Made by a program: the position numbers and the translations under genes
Assembly (NCBI GenBank): GCA_002269645.1
Contig: NIVC01002996.1
Coordinates: 62,820 to 126,819, forward strand
Source of the DNA: Macrostomum lignano
Taxonomy: Eukaryota
Length of the DNA stretch: 64,000 bases
Reading direction: 5' to 3'
Notes under the pieces: model-generated
Told to the model about the DNA's origin: nothing
Database searches by the model: none
What the model saw: only the letters and a program-made list of their open reading frames with translations
Shown: positions 43,001-55,000 of the stretch, piece by piece
How positions within the stretch are numbered: position 1 is the first letter of the stretch
Layout: each line of letters begins with the position of its first letter

Positions 43001-46000
43001 ATTCTGAAAGACCAGAAATGGGACGAATCGAAACCGAACGCATGGTTTGGCTTGGCAAGCAAATTTCAGTACCGTTTCCGAGGCTCGGGGAGTGAGGATT
43101 GGTCGAGGCTGAAGAAATTTCAAAATATAAGGTGGGGAAAATGTTTTTGCCTTTCTGTAGCGGATAAAATTTGCTTGATTTTTAAAAGACTACGGCTGGT
43201 GCTGGGGTACGAGTATATACTGAATACTAAATACCGTAACTTAATACGCTAGCATTTATGGGAAAAATCCGACCTTCTGGCAGAATTTTTGAATATCTCG
43301 ACGGTGAAGAGGGCTGGGGACTTGATTCTTGTTTGAGAAGGTGCGCAACAAAAAGTTTAGCCCGTGTTCTTGAATTTCGCGTGCCTGCGTTGCTCCGTTC
43401 CGGCGCAGCAAAAAAATTATCAGTCGGGAATCCCCCTTAGTAGTTCTACTGTTAATTACACTAGACGTAGAACACCAACTGTGATTTTTAGCATCGACTT
43501 CAATGCACTGATGGAGCTGCTGAATAGATTTGGTTCAGTCGACTCGCTTCTGAACCGGTTTTGCGCGGGAGTTGTCAAACAGTCCAATCTGGAGGCCTTC
43601 CTTAAAGCTCCAAACGTAACTCTGGACTCGAAGCTAGCTCTTTGCTTCCGAGTCTGCCAGGAAATGGGAAGCTCTGATGACGAACGCGTTCTAGGTATAG
43701 TAGAGGTAAGAATTAAGTTTCCTGTGCACATCTTTCGCTTCGATCTAGGAGTCGCAGGTGAAGTGGATTGTACGCTCGTAAGCTTTTCATTAGGGTCGTG
43801 AATTTGAAATAAAGTAGATCCAGATTAATGCAATCAGTTTTTAAGATTTCCTTTTTTTGCAATTTTTTAAACCTTTTTATGGAGAGTTGAATTCTTACAA
43901 TGCCAGGCACGCCCCTCTCAATTTTAGATGTTTCTTGATGAGTGTCAGGATGCCGCCTGCAGTGCATCAACAGCCACCTTAGAGGAGCTGCTTCTGATTT
44001 TCCCATCGCTAGTAAAACTCCTTTTGAGGAGTCACAAATCGATGGCGCCTTTACAATTGCAGAGTATGTGTTTCGCATCGCTCAATACTTACTTGCGATG
44101 CCTTTTGAAGCTGCGCTACTCCCAATCTACTGGAGTCGAAGCCGGTTCTAAGGATGAAATTTCAAAGTTTGGAGACCTGCTCAACCAATTAATCAAGCAC
44201 GAGGTTGACACTTTTAACCAGCAGTCGTCAATAAGTGTTGAATATTCACATGAAATAATCAGCATGTTCCTGCAGGTGAGAAACGATGCACAAGATATAA
44301 TTAATTTCATTCATTGCTAGTAAAATCTATTTCTCTGACCATAGTTTCCTCGGTCATTACTACAATCCCCATGCTTGAATTTCAGCGCTTCGACAAGTTT
44401 ATGGGACTTCTGAGCACAGCCGGATGTCCGACCGAAGAACTGGTTGATCTGTGCAAGCAAAAGCTAAAATCCTTTATCAAAAAATTGCCAGTAGTGAGTG
44501 AGCTGCTTTGACTGATTAGTTTCCATATTCGTAAATTCGTAAATATATTCGTAAACTCATCCCACGTAGGTCTGTAATTGTTTGTGATGTTGCAATTAAT
44601 GAGTTTAGTTGATTTTGCTGGCGATTAAAATTGTGTTTGAGATTTTTTAAGTGAAATTCCATATACGATCTACGAGTACTTTAAAGTTAACTAGCTACTT
44701 ATGATTACGGAGGCTAATTTTAAACACTACTTTGTATAAAATTTAAAATAAGTTCAGTACAGTTTAAGCATTTGTAAAGGCTCAATTAATTGCGAATGGA
44801 AAAAAGCTCACGCTTCCACTTAGCCTGGCGGGCTATTTTATATTGTGATCGATCGATATGCAATACGATGTACATAATGCTAGAAGGGCCAAAGCTCAAG
44901 CCGATTGGCTGCAGAGGAGAGAAGAACTGAATGGGGTGGGGGTTGGAATATTGCAAGGGCCGAAGGGTTAAGTGGCTGGCGGGAGAGAGAGTACATTGAA
45001 CAGCGGGGCTGACAAGAGCGCAGCGCACGGGGACGGCTCACAGCATTGAGCTTTGATGGGTTTAAAATTCAATGCAAGATTTTTGCACCTCGAGTGCAAA
45101 TACCAGTTTTATACTATAGTAAGAGCTATAGTGTTTGCAGAGACACACCAATAGTTGCTCAACTGCTACCCATGAATTATGCGTTTCAGGAAGCAACGAT
45201 GGAAATCTTTCAAAGCGAAGGAATCATGGCCTTGCTCAGCTCAAAAACGTCGGAAGTAATTCTGGAAGTTGTGATTCAAAATTTTAAACAGAACCCCAAA
45301 TCATACTTTTGGACTGCAGTGGTATGTGCCTCAGCGAATGGAAAAAATTTTTTGATTGATTGATGAACTGGATAAATAAATTCTAAAACATCTTGATTGC
45401 AGGACGCATTCGGCAATTTGCTCGCTAGCTTTCTGGGGGCAAGCTCGGACTCCTCTTCCAGCCATATTTTTTCTAAACTATCAAGCCTGATCGAGGACAC
45501 AGAAAAAGGTGATTGGAACAGGCCACGAGACATCAGCTTGCACACAGCCATGACTCTGGAGTGGCCTCTGGCTCAGCAATTGCTGTGCTTTCTAGGTAAG
45601 CGGAAAACTTGATGAATGAAAATTTGGGCGCAGACTATTACGTATTTAATTAACTAAATCGTTAGTTAGTTAATTAAGTTAACTAACGCTATCGCTAGTT
45701 AATTAACTAGTTAAATTTTTTTTAAAATCGTTAAATTTTCGTTAAATTTTTTATGTATTAACTAGTTAACAAAAATCGTTAATTTTTTTCTGTAAGTTAA
45801 AGTTAAATGACAAAAGTTAATAATTCCGGGAAATAGAGTTCCCCGGGTTCAAAATCCGCGGGTTTCAACAGCTTGTATGCCATTAAAAAGTAAAATTAAT
45901 ACATACATAAAATAACTTCGCCTTTCTAAGCATTATTTAACGCGTCACAAACTATTACATGTATATTATTTCAGTTACAAGTTATAATGTATTGAATATT

Positions 46001-49000
46001 CCGGAAGATTCTGGAATCTTCAACTATTATCTATTGATATTCTACCCAAGGACTACTAGAAGTTATCGTTGTACATAGGGATGTCGATTCCCCGGGGAAT
46101 TTTCTTATCGGGGACCCAGGTAATTTACTGTCATTCCCCGGGGACCCCGGGGACTCCGGGGAAAAAATAAGTAAAAAACGGCGGATAACTTAGATCTTAA
46201 GTCACTAAGTGGCATTTCTTAAACTTTGATTAAAGCTTTGGATGGACTACATGTTCAAGGCGCAAGGGTAAAAACTTAAGGCAATGTTTGTTTAAAACTG
46301 TATTTGACAACGTGGCATCACCAAATCGTGCGCGCACCTTTATCAGAAAGGGTCCAGACTCCGGAGGCGGAAAATGCATACTCAGCAGCTGCACTCGAGG
46401 GAGGATAATTAATGAATGAGACTGTTTTTATAATCGGAATTTTAATTTCTTGCAGATACATGTAAATCACCATTTTGTCCTGTCTAATAGGGAGTATTTT
46501 GTTATTGTATGACACCCCCCTATGCGTCAGTGACTGACGCAGGATATAGCGCTGTGCCTGCGTCAAATGCGTCAAGCCATCAACGCAGACCAACACAATA
46601 GTCAGTAAGGCTTCTTTTTCCTGACGGGTTTCTACACTCGTACGTTCAATTTGCTTGATTGAAAGACTCATAGTGAAAAAAACATTTAAACGGGTCGCTT
46701 TCATAAGACCGAAATTTCACAACGCCGAAAAGCACTACCCTTCACAAGACCGAAACTTCATAAGACCGAAATTTCACAACGCCGAAAAGCACTACCCCTC
46801 ACAAGACCGAAACTTCATAAGACCGAAACTTCACAACGCCGAAAATTCTGCATGCAATACAATCCTTATTGTAAGGTTTTCTACGATGTGAAATTTCGAT
46901 CTTATGAAGTTTCGGTCTTGTGAAGTATGGTGTTTCGGCGTTGTGAAATTTCGGTCTTATGAACCCCCCCCCCATTCAAACGTGTGTTGTGTTTGAAATA
47001 ATACATTGAAATAAGCAGTTTTGCGGTAAAAAAGCATAGACAGAGTTTCAATCAGCTTTCTGTGAATGATTTTCTTATTTAAATGGCAAAAATTTAGTTA
47101 AAAATGCTTTTTTTCTCCCCGGGGTCCCCGGTCTAATTCCCCGGGGAGTATTCCCCGACAAGCTCCCGGGGTCGACATCCCTAGTTGTATACATGTAGTT
47201 GTAATTCTGCCTTCCCTGCTGCGCTGCTCCGCGTCGCGCTGCATAGATATTTCCTTGTTGCGTTGCACCATACTGCGCCATGTCGCGCCGCCGCGCGACT
47301 TCCCGCGCCGCCGCACGACCTTCTGCGCTGCGTCGCGCCACCGCGCGCCGCGCCGCACCGCGACCTGGCCACAGCCGCGCCGCGCCGACCTGAAATTTAA
47401 AAAACGCGCCGGACGCATGTCCGGGAAAATGTCACTTTTTCCGTTAGAGAATTATTAACTTTAACTTTTAACTTTTCAGAAGTTAAATTTTGGGCAAAAG
47501 TTAAATAATTAACTAGTTACAGTTAATTTTTTTGGAGCAGTTAAATTAACTTTTTAACTTTTAACTAGTTAAAAAAATTGATTAACTTGCCCAGCACTGG
47601 TATTTATGTGCATGAATGAGTAAAATTATTGTCATAAATATGTCAACTGGCAACTCTTTTATTAAATACGTAAATAAAATATTAAACAATTTGTCCCCAA
47701 CCAGACCCCAAGGCGGCTGAGGTACAACTTACTCTCAATGCACGAACAGCACTGGAGAAATGCAGACACGATACGGAAACGCTGCTTCGCGACTTGGAAA
47801 CAGAACCTCTTTCCAAGACGGTCGGGGCTATTCAATACTTGGCCAGACACAAGGCCAGCCTGAAAAAGGCAGCCTCTGTATTGAGGCTCAGTAGCGACGT
47901 CGACAAACAGATTTTCGGTGCACAAGAATGGAAAGCAGCGTACGACAATACTGTCAAAAAGTTGAAGGAATTACATGCTCTGCTACAAAAGACGCTCTGC
48001 TCCAACATTGGTGAGTTTAATTTTTTTATTGATACGCTGGTATTAGAACAAAAACGAGGCAGTGCATATAGGCTCAGTTTGCAGCACACATGTAGCATGT
48101 AGCACGTGTACCTGTGGCACCTTTATTTGCTCTCTCGATTCTTCACGAATCCACAGAAAATCGCTCAGCTTTCAAATTATGCTCGCAAATTGAAAACAAC
48201 TATCGAAACCAAAGATTGGGCTGGGTGCAGGTGGTAAAGGAACAAGGTTATTATAGGCACCCGTGAATGGAAAGCTGAAGTTGAATTCACAGCAATTTAT
48301 CGAACTTTTGTGAAAGTGAAGAGCATATGCTTAACTCAGAACCGCCCCAAGAACACATTCGAAACAAAATAAGTTTTATTAGTTCAAAATAGCTAGCTAG
48401 TAAATTTACAAATTCAGAAACAGTTTCTCAACCAATGCATACTAAGCATGCATTTGCCACCCATTGCAGTCGAAATTGAGGGTTTCCGAAAAAAACTTCT
48501 CGAAGCGGAAGTCCGAGAATGTAAAATTAAAGAACTCGTCGATACGGAATTTTGTTTGAACCGACTGCATCTTGCGCGATTCCCAGAGCTGCAACCGTTT
48601 ATGAATCATTTGGAAACTGCAGTGCTGCCGAAAATACATCGAATCAACCAAAGCAGCACCTTTGAATCAATATTCGCAGAAGTGGCTGGGTGCAAATTCA
48701 GAAGTGGAGGCGAGATCAGGCTGCCAATATCCAAGCTCATCCCTTGCCTTTTAGAAGCGATCGACGAATGGGAGGCCAAAATTGAACGGCTAAAATCTGA
48801 AGAAGCTACGTGGGAGGCTGCACAGTTTCTCAAATCGCTTTTTGATCGTGAGGAAGAGCTGGTCAAGGAGCTCAGCTACCTTGCTACTGAGGGTGAGCCA
48901 TGGGTCGAAAAGTTGGCAGAAAAGCTGAATCGAGCACAAAAGATTCTAAGGTTTTCAACTGCTGCTGCGGCTGTCCAGAAATCGATGGAGAAGCTAAAGA

Positions 49001-52000
49001 TTCCCTGTAAAGATGACATTCTAGTGAGGGTTCAGAAAACGGCCAGTGGAATAGAATCAGAAGCTTTGGCAAAAGTCAATACTGATGACATTGATGAGTT
49101 TATTTTTCTAAAAGAGTTTGCCGAGTCACCAGTTTTTGAACAGTTAATGGCTGCAGTGTCTAGCAGTTCTGAATTGATTGAATGGCTGCCCCAAAACATT
49201 CAAAATGGTCCACAGCTGAAAACTTTCCAGGATCTAGCCATGATATATCTAGGAGACTCGGGCGACCTGGAGCAAAAGAAGATTGAGGTTTTGGTCCAAG
49301 TGGTAAACGACTTTCAAGAAATTATCTACGGAATTGAAGCTTTAGTCTCAAATGAGGAAAGGAGAGTCACGGAATTCCTTGAACTTTGCCGACCTGTGAT
49401 GGAAAGGCTGCAGAAAGAACCCAAGCGAATTGAAGATTTGACCAAGACGGCTAACCAGCTCAAGTGGATCAAAATAATCAAAGAGAATCAGGGCTCCGTA
49501 GAGAGGCCCACGCTGGAGAAAATCGAAGAGATCTTCAAAAGTGGCAGCTTTCAAATCGGCTGTTTAGTGGAAAACACGGATCACTTTCTGCTCACAACTA
49601 CCAAGGAAAGCAAGGCTGATGACTCTCCCAAAACCCAAAGTAGGGCCGAGTTCACGCTTGCAGATGTCAAAGACTTACAGTCCAAGCTGATGCTCATTGC
49701 AGGCAGCGCTTACGAAAACAAGCTCTTGCTAGACAGCTTCGTGAAACTAACGGAAGGAATTCTTCGATTGGTTGAGGTTTACAAAGACTTTCGTGCTCAC
49801 TGCTGCTTGCTCTGCGAACAGATCGACATCGTAGTGGATTTAGGCAGTGCAAAAGCTGCTAAGGACCGCTCGACAGAAGCGGGAATAAAAAAAGTAAAAA
49901 AGGACCACAACATAAATATTGAGCTGCGATACTGCAAGCCCCACAAGTCGATCGGGTGTCATTACAGTGACATAAATGAGGGGCTCACACAACTGTCTAA
50001 CGTATTTCATTCGTGCTTGGTAAAATGGAAGGAGGTAATTACTTCTTCTAGAACAAATCGTGACCTTCATGAAATTAATTTTTTTACGCTGAAACAATTA
50101 AAATTCTTGCAAAATGAACTGGCAAAATTTTTTACCTCTGCAGCACAGAGCCAAGTTGATGATCGAGTGCTCCACCTCCTGTCATACATATGTCCGGCGT
50201 GTACTCCGAAAGAAATTTGTAAAGCAGTTGATTTCGTGGTCATAAAAAAGGCTGGTGGGGATTCTGATGCGAATGAGGAAAATAGCGGGCATAAAGCAGC
50301 CGTCAGTTTATTGACAGATGAAGGATACAATGAGGAAGTTATCGACAAGACGCTGAAAATCTTCTTTAGAAACTTTACTGTCGAAGAAGATAATTGGTCC
50401 CAAAACCTTATTGAGCTTGCTGAAAAGGTTGAAAGGACATCCGTCGTGCAAGCCGAGGAGAGTTCAAGAAAGGACTGGAGTACAGCTGACCATGAACTTT
50501 CCGCTGCCGAAGTTGGCGGCCTTCCCGTTCATGAAGCCTTCGAAAAGTTGTGGGAGATTTACCAAAGAAGCATTGACAAGTCTCACAAGGATTTCCTCAG
50601 TTTCCACGATTTATCGATGGTGCTGAGACGCCTATCCGAAAATGAAAAAAGCCCAATTTCTAAGAGAAAACTAAAGCCTGAATTTCAAAAGCTTTTTTCA
50701 TGTAGTGAGCCAATAACATTCGTAATTAACTACAAGGACCAACTGTTAGCAACATTGGATTTGTTCCGCTCAGCATACGATAGTCTTCCTCAGCTGGAGG
50801 AAGTTCTGGTGTGCTCTGACCAAACTACAGAAGAGGATGTGTCGGTGTTTATGCACCGATCCGTGCTGGATCAGAACAGCCAGGCTCTGTATGTGATTAT
50901 GGGGGCTGAGCAGCTATCCTATCAGAATTCTGTCTTCGCTGAGGATATTTTTAGCCGGCTGCTGGATCTGGTGGAAGGACGAACGAAAGCAAAGATTTTC
51001 GCATTGATGGCCGATGATCAACAGCGAAACTTTCCGTTCTGCAGCATCCTCGCTTCCTTCATTCAGGATTATCCAATAATTCCAAATGAGAAAGACATTC
51101 GCGATTGGACAGCTAAATTTCTAAGAGAACAGACACCTGAAGAAAGTAGTTTTGTCTGGGTGACATCATCCCACCAAGCTTCAGGAATGGGTAAATCATT
51201 GATGTGCTCGCAAATCGCCAAGAAGAGAGCGCCTGATCAAGACCCAGCCATCTTTAGTTGCAATGACACCCATCTGGATGCGGAAAAGCTGCATGAATTC
51301 CTTAGCAGCCCGCTGAACGGGGGCTCAGCCGTCTTTCACATCGACATCGCACGAGAGGTTCAGACAGGTTTTGATGTGTGCATCACCCAGATTGCGATTC
51401 TGGGGGGAATTTCCAGCTCTGCTGGTTTTATCTGGCGACGTGGATTTAGCCAGCGTTTGCTTCTTCTTGAGCACTCTAAAAACCTCCACTTTAATACAGA
51501 CTTCCGAGTGCTGAACTTTTTGCCATGTATTCAGTGCAGATCACCTTCCGAAATTCTCGAAGCCATCGCTGATGGTAAAAGTGACAATGCTTGGGAGCCG
51601 CTGTTGAAGGATGAGTTACTTACGTCGGATTCCATCCGAAAACCTGTTAAATACTTACTTAATAAAAAGGATCGTCGAACGGTACAGCTCTCTGCCAAAG
51701 ACGTTGTGAAGCTGCTTGTCGAAAATTGTGGGATCGAAAATCCATCCTGGCAGGAACTACAAGTTTTCAGCAGATTTTTTTGCCGACAAATTTCCGACAT
51801 GGAGAAATCTCCGTATTGTTCAGAAATTGCTGGTTCCGAGATTCAGGGATTCCAGGAATTTGTGTTGAAATTCATGCTTATAATGTCAAAGGACTTCGCT
51901 ACACGCTCGCTTAGCATCTCCGATGAAAGTGGAGGAAGTCAGATATCAGATGGAAAATTCACGGACAGTCCTGAAAAAGAAGACCTGCAAAATTTTCAAT

Positions 52001-55000
52001 TGAGGCGCCGCTGGGAACAGAATTCTCACCCGTATCTACTTTTTAACGAAGATGGAGCGACGTTTACTTTTGTAGGATTCACTATAAATCCCGCCGGTGA
52101 TCTGCTGGATCAGAAGCGCGCAGTCATTCAAAAAGGAATTATGTCTCAACAGCTGTACAAGGGCCTGCATCGACAAGGGGTTCACCTGGATGAAGCCTTC
52201 GATAGCTTGCCTCGTGACGAGATGATAAATAAAATTCGAATGGTTTTTGGATTTGACAATCGTGCTGCGTCAACCGATCCTGATCTTTCCTATGAGCTTA
52301 CCACGGATAACGCAATGAAAATGCTAGCTATTTACATGCGTTTCAGATGCGAGATCCCAGTTGTTCTGATGGGAGAAACTGGCTGTGGCAAAACAAAGCT
52401 GGTCGAGTTTCTGTCCAAGCTCATGCTACCCGAAGGACACCCACCGCTGAGCAATATTAGAATTCTAAAGGTTCATGGAGGTGTTTCTGAAGCAGAAGTG
52501 GTAAGTACACTAAGGGAAGCTGAGAAACTCGCCGCTGAGAACTTTAGTAAATCCAAAAGATCGCCTTACACCATTGTGTTTTTTGATGAGGTAAACACCA
52601 CAAGTGCAGTTGGACTCATCAAGGAAGTCATGATAGACGGCCGAGCTCATGGAAAGCCAATCGATTTTTCAAAAGGACTTCGTTGCGTAGCAGCCTGCAA
52701 TCCTTACCGAAAGCATTCCGAGGAAACAATAAAGATCCTTGAGAACAGCGGTTTGGGCTACCGAGTTCGGAAGGAGCAAACAAGCGACAGATTTGGCACC
52801 GTGCCAATGCGGCACCTCGTTTATAGAGTCAAACCGCTTCCGTTGTCGTTTCTCCAAGTGCTGTGGGACTTTGGAAATCTCACCGACAAATCTGAAAGAA
52901 AGTATATTGACAGAATTATAGAGTCTCGGAAAACTGCATTCTCTGAACCAGCAGCTTCTGAAAAAGAGCTGAACATTCTTAAGAATGCTATAGCAGCGTC
53001 TCAACGGTTCATGCGAACTTCTTCCGACGAGGCAAAATTTGTTTCCCTCCGAGATGTGGAAAAGGCGATGAAAATGCTGGAATGGCTCTATCGGAGTGAA
53101 ATAATTGACACCAACTCAAAAGAGTCCAAGAAATGCAACCTTACAAAATTCATTTCAGCGGCAGTGATTAGCCTGGCGGTCTGTTACTACAGCCGTCTAC
53201 CCAAAAACAGACAGCATGAATACCTGAGTATTATCAAGCAGGTTGCATGTACCGATTCCGTGACAGAAGGAGACATCTCAGACTTTATTTCCGCCGTCCA
53301 AAGTAATTTGGTCAGTGATGTTCAACTACCAGAGTCCATCGCGATGAACGAGGCTCTTAGGGAAAATATTTTCACAATGGTGGTGTGCATATCACTGCGA
53401 ATTCCTCTTTTCATTGTTGGAAAACCGGGAAGCTCAAAGTCGCTTGGCAAAGCCATCGTTAAAGAATTAATGCAGGGACAAAATTCGCAGGCCCAGCATT
53501 TTAAAAAGCTGCCGAATACACAAATGTTGTCTTTCCAATGCTCCCCGTGGTCAACATCTGAAGGCATTATTAGCACATTCACACAAGCTGCAAAGCTTCA
53601 AGTGGGCAGAGATGAGAATGAGTTCGCTTCTGTTGTTGTACTCGACGAAATTGGACTGGCTGAAGACAGCCAAAATATGCCACTTAAGGCTCTGCACTCT
53701 CTTTTAGAGGAGGGAGTGAGTTTGAGGCATCAAATGAATTCAGAAGTACATGATCAGCAAGCAAATACTATGACAGGCCAGACACAATATGTCAGAGTTT
53801 CCTTTGTTGGTTTATCTAACTGGGCTCTGGACCCTGCAAAGATGAATCGTGGTCTTTACATTCTTCGAGGCGTGCCAGCACATGATGACCTCATAGAAAC
53901 GGCAAAGGGAATCTGCAAGGACAAGAAGCAAAACATAGTCTCCTGCTTGGATCTAATTACGAGATTTTACTTCAAAATATGCGATGAAACGTGCAAGCAA
54001 GTTGAGTTTTTTGGTCTTCGTGACTACTTTTGTCTAGTAAAGCACTTGGTTTTCAAGACGAAAGGCAAAAAAGTTAATAATAGAATAATTTTGGAGTGCC
54101 TTTTGAGAAATTTTAGCGGCTTTAAAGACTTAAACCCCACCACGCTGCTTGATCGCAAACTAGAAAGCGTTGACTTAACGGAGCTACAAGGCTATTCGCC
54201 AATTCTTGACTCACTGAGAAATCTGATGATGAACAGCGTTATCTATTATTTATTACGCAGAACATGTCAGGCTTCAAGGTTTTATTAAAACTGTTGGACA
54301 GCCAAATGTCCGAAGTAGGCATTCTCTATGCCAGCAGCTTTCCAAAGGACCAGGAGTACTCCAAATGTGTACAGACATTAACAAGATTAAGGTTAGCATG
54401 GAGCGTGGAGGAACTCTAGTTCTTCTAAACATAGAAAATCTTTACGAGTCACTATATGACGCGCTGAATCAGTACTACGAGTACTGCGGACAGGACAGGT
54501 TCGTTGACCTTGGCTTAGGAACTCATCGTCTCAAGTGCAAAGTGCACAAGGAGTTCCGGATTATCGTCATTGCGGATCAAAGCACCGTCGAAGAAAAGTT
54601 TCCCATTCCCCTGATCAACCGCTTGGAGAAGCACAAGTTGAGCACAGAGGCAATTTTGAATGATGAGAAACGATATACCATTAGGCAGATCCTAGAATGG
54701 GTAGAAAAAATGAAAGCGTCTGGCGAACAAGGTCTTCAAGATATCTTTGTTGGGTACCACTCTGATGTTGTCCCATCATTAGTTTTCGAGCTGGAGAAAG
54801 TTAAGAGTGTGAAGGAAATGTTGCTGTCTGTTGTAACAGTTGAAAGTTTAGTGCAACTAGACAGGACTGATCTTTCGAATGAAAAAGAAGAGTTGTTGCA
54901 GAATCATTGCAGAACAAAAGGATTGCTGAGCCTGAGAGCGTTCCTCACAAACTTCGAGTTTAAAAACGAGAAACCACTTTTGCAAGTAACTACCTACGAC

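Larger units (their letters stand above)
45640..47599. mobile_element. Foldback/MITE-like element with AT-rich TTAACTAGTTAA arms (outer layer of intron 7 nest)
   Basis: 45795-45826 is an inverted match to 47449-47478. The right terminus is TTAACTTGCCCAGCACTG; the left terminus was not recognised. Confidence 0.45.
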
